A stretch of DNA of 34,024 bases from Promethearchaeia archaeon. GTDB taxonomy: Archaea > Asgardarchaeota > Lokiarchaeia > Sigyniarchaeales > SOKP01. Of this stretch, positions 9,376-17,703 are shown piece by piece. The position numbers were made by a program, and so were the translations under genes. The notes below the pieces were generated by a model. That model was not told where the DNA came from and made no database searches. It worked only from the letters and a program-made list of their open reading frames with translations. The stretch lies in contig JAHQWJ010000065.1 of the NCBI GenBank assembly GCA_029856125.1, positions 1 through 34,024 of the forward strand, written 5' to 3'. Position 1 is the stretch's first letter; every line of letters begins with the position of its first letter.

Positions 9376-10449
9376 TTAATAATCATTTGCTTTTAATTTG
9401 GATCCCAATTCATTCCATTCTTTAGCTTTTTCAAAATTCCCTAGTTTTTCATGACAAAATACAGCGGATTCCCAAAAATCTAATTCAGATGGATCCAGAG
9501 CGACGATCTGATTAAATATGTTTATTGCTTCTTTATAATTTTTTCTCACATCGCAATAAATTCGGCCTAATTTCTTAAGCGCGTTGATATTCTCAGGATC
9601 GATTCTAATAGTGTTTTGATAATACATAATTGCATTATCAAAATCATTTAAAGCACTACAGCTAAACGCTAAATTTTCATAAAGTATAGGGTCGTCAGAC
9701 TGCAAACTTAGTGCTTCTTCATAGCACTTGATAGAATTTTCAAATTTTTCAGTAAAAGTGTAGGATAACCCCAAATTATTCCATGCTTCAATGAATTGAG
9801 GGTTAAGCTCAGTTGCTTTTTTATAACAGTTTATTGCTAATTCATAATCGTTTTGTTCATATGCAACATCACCTAAATCAAACCATAATTCAGCATTGTT
9901 GGGATTTATATCAATAGCTTTCTTATAAAACTTTATTGCTTCATCGAAGTTCTGGATATCGTAATAGATGATAGCTAGATTGATGTATAACATCTGCTCA
10001 TCTGGGTTGATTTTTATCGCTTTTTTGTAGCAATTTATTGCCTTGTCATATTGATCGTTTTCTCTATAAATTAAAGCAATGTTATTCCACACATCTGTAT
10101 AGCTTGGTTCATATTCTAGTGCGATCTTGTAAAATTTTAAGGCATTATCGTAATCTTCTAAATCCTCATATGCAAATCCCATGTTATAGTAAGAAATTGC
10201 GTCGTCAGGTTCGATTTTAAGCGCTTCTTGATAGCATTCTATAGCTTCTCCGAACTGATTTATCATACTGAACGTTAGACCTAAATTATTCCATACTTCC
10301 GAGAAAAAAGGATTAAGTTCAATTGATTTCTTATATGCTTTTATTGCCTCATCAAAAATTTTTTCGTCGTAATAGGCATCCCCGAGGTTAATCCACGCGT
10401 CAGCGTCTTTCGGGTCTAAATCAACTGATTTTTTGTATCGTTCAATCAT
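9376..10449 (-). CDS. Tetratricopeptide repeat protein (about 10 TPRs)
   Basis: 34-aa periodic W-x-N-L-G...A-I-x-x-Y-x-K-A-x-x-I-N-P units along the whole length. Confidence 0.95.
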   Translation of the reverse strand: MIERYKKSVDLDPKDADAWINLGDAYYDEKIFDEAIKAYKKSIELNPFFSEVWNNLGLTFSMINQFGEAIECYQEALKIEPDDAISYYNMGFAYEDLEDYDNALKFYKIALEYEPSYTDVWNNIALIYRENDQYDKAINCYKKAIKINPDEQMLYINLAIIYYDIQNFDEAIKFYKKAIDINPNNAELWFDLGDVAYEQNDYELAINCYKKATELNPQFIEAWNNLGLSYTFTEKFENSIKCYEEALSLQSDDPILYENLAFSCSALNDFDNAIMYYQNTIRIDPENINALKKLGRIYCDVRKNYKEAINIFNQIVALDPSELDFWESAVFCHEKLGNFEKAKEWNELGSKLKANDY

Positions 10450-10552
10450 ATTCTAAATCAGATAGTTATGAACTAATTAAATTGTGTATACCTATTATTT
10501 TTTTTGTTTTCGGAAAAAAAGCGTTTCTTTATGTTTAGTAAGATAGTTAAAG

Positions 10553-11590
10553 CTATATTACGCAAAAAATATCTTGAGTTTGATCTGTAAGTAAAATTCT
10601 TAAATGTTTTTCGCTTCCTTTGAAAATTACTTCTTCTAGTTTTCCTTTAGCTAACACGATTTCTCCATCCTTAGCGTGTTCACAAAATCTACCGCGAAAT
10701 GAGTTGATTTCAGTAATGTCTTTTAAGTTTATTCTATTTAGTATGAAGTTTTTATCCACGATTTCTATACCTTTAATTTTATAAGAGCAGGGAGTAAAAA
10801 TGGAATCGGTTGAATCTACAATCTTTGCTTTTATTTCAATCCTTCCTAAATTCTTGAATTTGTAATCGTAAAAATTTCCTTTCCAATCCTCCGGGCTTTT
10901 GATGTACCGAATAAAAAAATCGGTTCCATTGAATTTTCCTTGATGCAGCTTTCTTTTTTCACTTTTAAGAAAATTCTCAAAGCTAAAGCTAGATCCTCCA
11001 AATCTCCAATCGTAGTGAGTTCTATATTCTTGCATATTATATTTCCTTAAACTCTTTGATACGCCGAAGGTTTTTTTTAAATTATCTTGAAATTCTAAAC
11101 TTTCGCGAGTACCGTATATTAAAATATCTAAATCAGACTTCTCTTTATTTAGTCCGACCATGGGTGACCCAGATATTCCTATTGAGTTTTCAGGCACTAA
11201 ACATTTCTTGTTAAACAATTCACACAATTGTACTAAAGCCAATTCGCAATCTTCTAATTGGTTCTTCATTGTGAGGGCATCGTAATAATCCCTTGGGGTG
11301 TATATTTTTTTAATATCTCCGATTTTAACGCCTTGAAGTTCTAAATCAAGCTGGTTCGAAAAAAATAGATATTGTGGGTATTCCTCCCTCACTTTCAAAT
11401 ATCGTTCATCCAGGGAATAGACTTTTTTATATCTTTTTCCTTCCTTTATTCTTTCCCCATTTTGATCTGGATAAAATCTTAAAAAACAAATTTTTCGGTC
11501 TTGAGGGTGGTGATAACCTTTTATATCGAAAAATAGGTGGTTTTCTTTTGTTTCAAGGTAATCCCCTTCAATTCCTTTTGGAATCTTCAT
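10553..11590 (-). CDS. Archaeal predicted nucleotidyltransferase (Pol-beta superfamily, COG1665-like)
   Basis: GISGS-x10-SDLDILIYG motif, N-terminal F-x-x-KG-x-x-HP...FLR-x-YP, C-terminal FTPCSY...SFRGRFCE...GKLE. Confidence 0.8.
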   Translation of the reverse strand: MKIPKGIEGDYLETKENHLFFDIKGYHHPQDRKICFLRFYPDQNGERIKEGKRYKKVYSLDERYLKVREEYPQYLFFSNQLDLELQGVKIGDIKKIYTPRDYYDALTMKNQLEDCELALVQLCELFNKKCLVPENSIGISGSPMVGLNKEKSDLDILIYGTRESLEFQDNLKKTFGVSKSLRKYNMQEYRTHYDWRFGGSSFSFENFLKSEKRKLHQGKFNGTDFFIRYIKSPEDWKGNFYDYKFKNLGRIEIKAKIVDSTDSIFTPCSYKIKGIEIVDKNFILNRINLKDITEINSFRGRFCEHAKDGEIVLAKGKLEEVIFKGSEKHLRILLTDQTQDIFCVI

Positions 11591-11610
11591 AATTCCCCCA
11601 ACTTTACTGG

Positions 11611-12714
11611 CTAATATCTCGAAGGCGTTTTTGATTTGATTTTATATTTTGGTATTTCTTTTGTCTTTTTTAATTCTTTTTCAAAATCTCTTTTTTCTTT
11701 AAGAAATCTCTCTTTATCACTATCTAATCTTTGCCTCTCCTTTCTAATTGAAAATTTTGCATCCTCTATTTTCAATTTTTCCTTTTCCAATTTTTTTATT
11801 TCATCTTTTAAACTTTTCAATTTATTTTCTAAATTGCGAATTTTGTGTTCTAGTGAAAAATAAGTATTTTCAGCTTTAGGTACTTTCCTATCTAATTCTT
11901 TTAATCTTGTTTCTTGCCCTTTTTTCTTTCTTTCTAAATCTCTTACATCGTGATCTACATTCTCTTTAAATTTTCCCAATTTCTCTTTTTTTTTCTCAAT
12001 ATCACGAGCTTGAAGACCTAAATCCTTTTTCTTATAGCGAACCTTTTCTTTTTCATCTTTTAATCGCCTCTTCTCGTCAACAATTCGATTTTTTTCATCT
12101 ACTATCTCTCTTCTCAAACTATTGATTTCTTTGCTTAAATTATCTCTTTCTCTCGTTAAACTCTTAGATTCGTTTCTTAAATCCATTAAATTGTTTTCCA
12201 ACTTTTCAATTGTTCTCTCTAACGCACTCTCTCTCCGTTCCATTCCGGGCAACTTGGTTTTAATTTCTTTAATTCTTTCTGTTGCTTTTTCTTTTTCTCT
12301 TTTTATGTATTTCTTCTCACTTTCTAATTCGTCTCTTAATCCTTCTAATCTCTCTTGATATCGCTCTAGGTCAGCATTTTTCTGATCTAACTCCCTTTCT
12401 TTTTCATAGAGATTATTTTTACTTTCTTTTATTTCGTTTCTCATATTGTCTAATTTGTCTTTTAATTGTTCGTGTTGGTTTTGAAGGCCCCTTACTTGAA
12501 GTTCTTTTTCTTTTCTTTTTTTTTCTAAATCTTGAATGTTATCTTGATAGCCATCAATTTTATTGATAATTCGCTCCCATTCAGTTTTTTCTCTATTTAA
12601 TTTAATTCTTTCTTCCTTAATTTTTTTGAGTAATTTCGCATTAGGGATGGTATCTAGTTGCTCTTCTGGCGTTTTTTCTCGAATTTGATACTTTGGAATA
12701 GGCTTATCTTTCAT
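11611..12714 (-). CDS. Long coiled-coil protein (367 aa)
   Basis: Almost continuous K/E/R-rich heptad pattern; a near-identical IPKY-x-I-x-x-KTP motif at both termini. Confidence 0.85.
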   Translation of the reverse strand: MKDKPIPKYQIREKTPEEQLDTIPNAKLLKKIKEERIKLNREKTEWERIINKIDGYQDNIQDLEKKRKEKELQVRGLQNQHEQLKDKLDNMRNEIKESKNNLYEKERELDQKNADLERYQERLEGLRDELESEKKYIKREKEKATERIKEIKTKLPGMERRESALERTIEKLENNLMDLRNESKSLTRERDNLSKEINSLRREIVDEKNRIVDEKRRLKDEKEKVRYKKKDLGLQARDIEKKKEKLGKFKENVDHDVRDLERKKKGQETRLKELDRKVPKAENTYFSLEHKIRNLENKLKSLKDEIKKLEKEKLKIEDAKFSIRKERQRLDSDKERFLKEKRDFEKELKKTKEIPKYKIKSKTPSRY

Positions 12715-12893
12715 GGCGGTTCTTAACCTTACGTAAATTATTAATAATATTATATTGACTCAAATTCTAAAGTGTTTGTAATTTCAATTTGAGAAATTCT
12801 TTTGTTTTGTGAAGTCTATTTATATAACATAAATTTCATTATTTTTTAAAAGAAATATAAAATTAAGTAATCTCTATTTATGGTGTTAATCTA

Positions 12894-13280
12894 ATGGATG
12901 AAGATGGGTTTGACGAAGAATTTGATGAGGATTTTGATGAAAACTTGGAGGAAGATTATGACGAGCGCTCTACAAAGCACCCTACGAAAGATTTTAGAGC
13001 CAAGACCCCAGAACACAAAACCTCTTCTGAAGGAAAAAAGATCTCAGTTTTTTTTCTATCCACTATAGGCCCAGGGGAGAAAAAACAAAAATTGCTTGTA
13101 TTCACAGGGAATAAAGTTGGAGACATCAAAGAAACTGTAGCAAATTTATTTGCTTTAGACCCATCTGATTTTTACCTTAGTTCTGGAGGTGTAACTATGG
13201 ATGAGAATAACCAGTTAAATGATTACGATGTAGTTGACGGAGATGACATTTTATTAATTCCAGCTAGCATTGCTGGTTGA
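12894..13280 (+). CDS. Ubiquitin-fold modifier, paralogue A (acidic N-terminal tail, ends in a free Gly: IPASIAG)
   Basis: Beta-grasp pattern ISVFF...KLLV...VGDIKETVANLF.LDP.DFYL..GG..MDEN.QLNDY.V.DGDDILLI; about 70% identical by hand count (56/81) to the core of 17280..17609. Confidence 0.85.
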   Translation: MDEDGFDEEFDEDFDENLEEDYDERSTKHPTKDFRAKTPEHKTSSEGKKISVFFLSTIGPGEKKQKLLVFTGNKVGDIKETVANLFALDPSDFYLSSGGVTMDENNQLNDYDVVDGDDILLIPASIAG

Positions 13281-13377
13281 ATATATTTAAGAAAATCACA
13301 ATTAAAAAGAACCTCAATTTATGTTTTACTAAATTAAAGAATTACATTTTATTATATTAAATAATATATTATTTGAA

Positions 13378-14391
13378 GTGAATATTATGGTTGAATTCGA
13401 TATATGGAAACTTTATAAAATGATGTTGCGTAGTCGTCTTTTTGAGAATGCTGTGATGAAACTATGGGAAGAAGGATTGATTACGGGTGAAATGCACCTT
13501 GGAATCGGGGAGGAAGCAATTGTAGCGGGAGTCGTTTCACAATTAGAGGCCGGTGATGCTGTGGCGGTTACTCATAGAGGAACCTCCCAATTCTTAATGA
13601 GGGGGGTAGATCCCGTTTTATTATTACTAGAATTTTTTGGTCATCCTAAAGGCCTCTGCAAAGGACAAGGTGGTCATATGCATCTCTTTTCAAAAGAACA
13701 TTTAATGGCAGCATCAGGAATCGTAGGCTCGTCAGGGCCAGCAGCAACCGGTTTTGCACTAGCTTTAAGTTATAAAAAACAAAAAAAAATTGCCGTTGCG
13801 TTCTTCGGAGAAGGAGCAATAAATCAGGGGATGATGCTTGAATCTATGAATTTAGCGTCAGTTTGGAACTTGCCCGTTCTTTTTGTCTGCTGTGATAATA
13901 ATTGGGCAATTACGACGACTGCGAATAATAGTTTTGGAGGTACGATGCTTGATAGAGCTAAAGGTTTCGGAATTGAAGGATATAGTGTCAATGGAACAGA
14001 CATAGAAGCAGTTTGGAAAGTGGCAAACGAAGCAGTATCAAAGATACGTAATAGTAGTAGCCCTCAATTTATTCACGCAACTTGTACGCATTTGGAGGGT
14101 CATCTTCTTGGAGATTTGCTACTCAGGAATAATCGAGACCCTGCCTTGATGGCTGAAACTGCGGATTCTCTCAAACAATATGCTGGAGAAAGTTTAGATG
14201 AAGTGCTTTTGCTTTTGCGCAAAATTGGAGGACAAACTAAAAAAAAGGGAGATCCAATAGTTTTTATTAAAAAGAAGTTAAAAGACGAAGCGGATCGCCT
14301 TAAACAGATAGAGGAAGAAGTAGCCAAAGATATTGAACAAATAGTTAATAAAGCATTAGAAATTTCTAAAGGAGGGATGAAAAATGACTAA
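13378..14391 (+). CDS. 2-oxoacid/acetoin dehydrogenase E1 alpha subunit (TPP-dependent)
   Basis: GEMHLGIGEEA, THRG, GQGGHMH, TPP motif FGEGAINQG...NN. Start may be ATG 13387. Substrate cannot be assigned. Confidence 0.92.
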   Translation: MNIMVEFDIWKLYKMMLRSRLFENAVMKLWEEGLITGEMHLGIGEEAIVAGVVSQLEAGDAVAVTHRGTSQFLMRGVDPVLLLLEFFGHPKGLCKGQGGHMHLFSKEHLMAASGIVGSSGPAATGFALALSYKKQKKIAVAFFGEGAINQGMMLESMNLASVWNLPVLFVCCDNNWAITTTANNSFGGTMLDRAKGFGIEGYSVNGTDIEAVWKVANEAVSKIRNSSSPQFIHATCTHLEGHLLGDLLLRNNRDPALMAETADSLKQYAGESLDEVLLLLRKIGGQTKKKGDPIVFIKKKLKDEADRLKQIEEEVAKDIEQIVNKALEISKGGMKND

Positions 14392-15397
14392 AATGAACTT
14401 TGATCAAGCCATTGAAAGCGCGCTCGCACAAGCTATGGAAGAGGATGATAATATTATTATTATGGGAGAAGATGTGCACACTATACGATTAAATCTTTTT
14501 GCCCGATTCGGTAAGGAAAGAGTGAAATACACGCCTATAAGCGAGAGTGGATTTGTTGGTGCTGCAGTTACCGCTGCTATGGCTGGTTTACGACCTATTG
14601 CGGAAGTTATGCTTGCTGATTTTCTTGCTGTTACAATGGACGCTATTCTCAATCATGCAGCGAAAATTGCATTCTTTTCGGGTGATAAATGGAATGTTCC
14701 TCTCGTTATCAGAACCGCGTGTGGTGGTGGGTATGGCGATGCTGGACAGCACGAACAGAGTTTATGGGGTTGGTTAGCTCACATACCAGGATTATCAATT
14801 GTTGTTCCATCAAATCCTGCAGATGCAGGTGGATTAATGCTCTCTTCTATCTACGAAGATAATCCTGTAATTTATTTCGAACATAAATTATTATCTGATT
14901 TTTGGATGGAAAATATGGCTATAGGAGGGAGAACCACTGTTTCTTTTGAAGTGCCAGAACAAGGAGCAGAAGGAGAGGTACCAGATAAATGGAATCCAAT
15001 TCCTTTAGGATTACTCAATCGCATGAAAGAAGGAAACGATATTACGTTAGTGAGTCTTGGAGTGAGCGTACATCGATGCATGGAAGCTGCTAAAATCTTA
15101 GAAAGGAAAGGAATATCTGCCGAAGTCTTGGATTTAAGAACTGTAATACCACTGGATTTAGAAAATATAAAAAAATCCGTTGAAAAAACTGGAGTTTTAA
15201 TAGTTGTTGATGAAGATTATATGCAATTCGGACTTTCTGGTGAAATTTCGGCTCTGCTTTTAGAAGAGTGTTTATCTTTTAAATATGGTCGTGTTTGTAC
15301 CGAAAATACCATACCTTATTCTATAGATTTAGAATTGCAAGCACTCCCAAATACAGAGAGAATCGTGAATAAGGCTCTTAAAATTTTAAATAAGTAG
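14384..15397 (+). CDS. 2-oxoacid/acetoin dehydrogenase E1 beta subunit
   Basis: MGEDV, TPISESGFVG, GLRPIAE, QHEQS, PSNPADA, NPVIYFEHK, EVLDLRT..PLD; overlaps the alpha gene by 8 nt. Confidence 0.92.
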   Translation: MTKMNFDQAIESALAQAMEEDDNIIIMGEDVHTIRLNLFARFGKERVKYTPISESGFVGAAVTAAMAGLRPIAEVMLADFLAVTMDAILNHAAKIAFFSGDKWNVPLVIRTACGGGYGDAGQHEQSLWGWLAHIPGLSIVVPSNPADAGGLMLSSIYEDNPVIYFEHKLLSDFWMENMAIGGRTTVSFEVPEQGAEGEVPDKWNPIPLGLLNRMKEGNDITLVSLGVSVHRCMEAAKILERKGISAEVLDLRTVIPLDLENIKKSVEKTGVLIVVDEDYMQFGLSGEISALLLEECLSFKYGRVCTENTIPYSIDLELQALPNTERIVNKALKILNK

Positions 15398-15408
15398 TGC
15401 TCTATCAC

Positions 15409-15424
15409 ATTTTTCTTTTTTTTT
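15409..15424 (+). terminator. Oligo-T terminator after the E1 beta gene
   Basis: Long T-runs starting about 12 nt after the stop, between convergent genes. Confidence 0.4.
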
Positions 15425-15466
15425 ATATCGTACATTGGATAATTAATGGAGAGGAAATTTTGGATT

Positions 15467-16255
15467 TTATTTTTTTCTCGATGGAATCAAAGCAATTTCG
15501 TCATCATCATCAATAAAATAGTCCTTTATTTGCTTAGTTTCATCTAATATTATACCACCTGTGGAAAGGAGAAAATCTTCTAAACCATAATCAAATAGAA
15601 TTCCTACTTGTTCCTTGATTATATCTATGAATTCGGAGGTTTCAATAATGATGATTTTAGTTCTCTCCCCCGGTTCGACTAACGATCTTACATAAACCCG
15701 AACTTTATCATCCATTCCAATTGTGGTTAATGGAGGGTGGTATGTTATCTGTTCATCAGTTAAATCTTTATTTTTCCAAATATCATCAATAAGTTGCTTT
15801 CTCTCATCAGCATCAAAATACAACATCTCTCTGATAAAAAAGATTTTATCCATTTTTGAAAACCCTAACAAATCGATTTTATCTAATACTTCCTGAGTGA
15901 AAAATGTAAAAATATAATCATCGATTGACTCTATGTTTTCAAAGGATTCATCAGTATCAGCGTATTGATCTATTAATGGCATAGCTTCGATGTAATCCTC
16001 AACCAGATCGCGTGATATCCTTTTGACAGATTTTGGGTTTTGATAATATTTTTCTTTTTTTATCCTCTTTCCTGGGCTGCTTTTAGATTGAACAACGGTA
16101 TAAATCGTGCCTGTAGATAATACAGCAACGCTTCCAATAGTTAGAAAAAGAAATAAAGGTAAACTCTCTATTTGTAATAGGAAGAAAATCAAATAGATTA
16201 AAGCGAAAACAACATAAAGAGTAATAATATTTAAAACTCTGTATTTTTTCTTCAT
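15467..16255 (-). CDS. Membrane protein with two N-terminal TM helices and a C-terminal ubiquitin-fold domain (paralogue B, no terminal Gly)
   Basis: Two hydrophobic segments in the first 55 aa. The C-terminal VRVYVRSLVEPGERTK...DIIKEQVGILF....DFLLSTGGIILDETKQIKDY..DDDDEIALIPSRKK aligns by eye with the two soluble UBLs. Confidence 0.8.
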   Translation of the reverse strand: MKKKYRVLNIITLYVVFALIYLIFFLLQIESLPLFLFLTIGSVAVLSTGTIYTVVQSKSSPGKRIKKEKYYQNPKSVKRISRDLVEDYIEAMPLIDQYADTDESFENIESIDDYIFTFFTQEVLDKIDLLGFSKMDKIFFIREMLYFDADERKQLIDDIWKNKDLTDEQITYHPPLTTIGMDDKVRVYVRSLVEPGERTKIIIIETSEFIDIIKEQVGILFDYGLEDFLLSTGGIILDETKQIKDYFIDDDDEIALIPSRKK

Positions 16256-16271
16256 GATTTTTTGATTAAAG

Positions 16272-16304
16272 TATTATCTAATTTTCTAATTATTATCTAA
16301 TTTT
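16272..16304. repeat. 14-bp perfect direct repeat TATTATCTAATTTT (period 19)
   Basis: Copies at 16272-16285 and 16291-16304, immediately upstream of the membrane-UBL gene. Confidence 0.5.
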
Positions 16305-16340
16305 ATAAATTCAATTGGTATAAATTCGTAATTTTTATAA

Positions 16341-17018
16341 TTACCCATCAATAATTGACTTCCTAATATTTTCATATTTCTCTAGGTCTAATCGATATAG
16401 AACTCTTTTTTTATTTTTTTCAATTTTTATTATTTTGAGATTTCTTAATATTTCAAGATATTTCTTTACAGTATTGTAATTTCTTTTTAAATTTGCAGCT
16501 ATTTCCGTGATTTTAAAGGCATTATGTTCTTTTTTCAGAAGGTTGATAATATCTCGTACGATATCTTGTTTTAAATAGTAATACCACTCATCTAGATCGG
16601 AATTAGATTCGTATTCAAAAATCATTCTTTGATTATCGATTTTTTTTGATCGTGTAAATCTAAATTTTTCTAAACAGGATAAATGCCAAAGAGCTTGGTT
16701 GCTTCCAATATTGATTGCTTTCATTATATCATTAATGTTCGATGGATTTTTTCTTACATAATTATAGATTTCATTTCTTATTGGATGCTCAATGATGTTA
16801 TTTTTCATTAATTTAGTTCCAGGGATAAGAATTCTTTTTTTTATGAGATTTTTAATAATGAGTTCAATGCTGTTCCTATTTAAATTAGGATTCGATCTCA
16901 CTCTATTAGCGATGAACACGACAATATCTTCTATCGAAAAGAAAGGTTTCTTTTTTAGATATTCCTTTATCAGATTACAAACAATAGATTGAAGGTTATC
17001 CGGAGTGTTCATAAGCAA
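16341..17018 (-). CDS. Winged-helix transcriptional regulator with tandem ArsR-like HTH domains
   Basis: RNEIYNYVRKNP...INDIMKAINIGSNQALWHL..LEK and IINLL...ITEIAANLKRNYNTVKKYLEIL..LKII, plus an additional N-terminal helical/wH-like region. Confidence 0.82.
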   Translation of the reverse strand: MLMNTPDNLQSIVCNLIKEYLKKKPFFSIEDIVVFIANRVRSNPNLNRNSIELIIKNLIKKRILIPGTKLMKNNIIEHPIRNEIYNYVRKNPSNINDIMKAINIGSNQALWHLSCLEKFRFTRSKKIDNQRMIFEYESNSDLDEWYYYLKQDIVRDIINLLKKEHNAFKITEIAANLKRNYNTVKKYLEILRNLKIIKIEKNKKRVLYRLDLEKYENIRKSIIDG

Positions 17019-17265
17019 TTTATTTTAAAGGGTTGAATTATTTGATTTCTATAATCAAATCTTCGCTCTAAAACGATATTTTCCAAATTATATATATTGA
17101 TAGACATTCATTTAATTTATAAATATAAGATATTAGGTTTTTTAATGCAAATACTTACATTTTAACCAAAATTCAAAAAACTTCAAAATCATACCAATGG
17201 GTTATTTAATGTAAGTACATCATCAAATTATTAAGTTTTAAAAAAAAACTTAAATTAAAAAAATA

Positions 17266-17274
17266 AAGGAGTGA
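17266..17274 (+). promoter_or_regulatory. Ribosome-binding site of the UBL operon leader gene
   Basis: AAGGAGTGA ending 5 nt before ATG 17280. Confidence 0.6.
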
Positions 17275-17279
17275 TTTGA

Positions 17280-17609
17280 ATGAGTTTTGAAGAAGATTTT
17301 GATGAGGAATTAGAGCCAGTTAACTCTAAAACCCCATCAAGCAAAGTACCCTCAACAGGCAAGAAATTGACATTATATTTCATGTCAACTATTGGTCCTG
17401 GTGAAAAGAAGGAAAAATTGACTGTAAACGACGCTAATGAAGTAAGTGATATCAAACAAACGCTAGGAAATCTATTTGGACTTGATCCAGACGATTTTCA
17501 TATTTCATCCGGAGGAGTAACAATGGATGAGAATAGCCAGTTAAAAGACTATAGTGTTAATAATGGCGACGACATTCTTTTAATCCCAGCGAGTACAGCT
17601 GGTAAATAA
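17280..17609 (+). CDS. Ubiquitin-fold modifier, paralogue C (pro-form, ends IPASTAG-K)
   Basis: Beta-grasp pattern with ubiquitin-like QLKDY; first gene of the E1-E2-JAMM-RING operon; single penultimate Gly, no di-Gly. Confidence 0.88.
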   Translation: MSFEEDFDEELEPVNSKTPSSKVPSTGKKLTLYFMSTIGPGEKKEKLTVNDANEVSDIKQTLGNLFGLDPDDFHISSGGVTMDENSQLKDYSVNNGDDILLIPASTAGK

Positions 17610-17703
17610 AAGCTGGATACTTTTAAATAATTCTTTTCATAAAATATAATATATAATAAGGGCACTAAGCCCTTCAATTTTTTTATTTTTTTGATTAATA
17701 TTA

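Noticed and set aside
13278-13340. Selenocysteine or readthrough at the TGA right after the terminal Gly of UBL paralogue A
   Set aside because: The downstream frame is short, AT-rich and non-coding in character; no SECIS-like hairpin was recognised; the paralogue ends at the same point.
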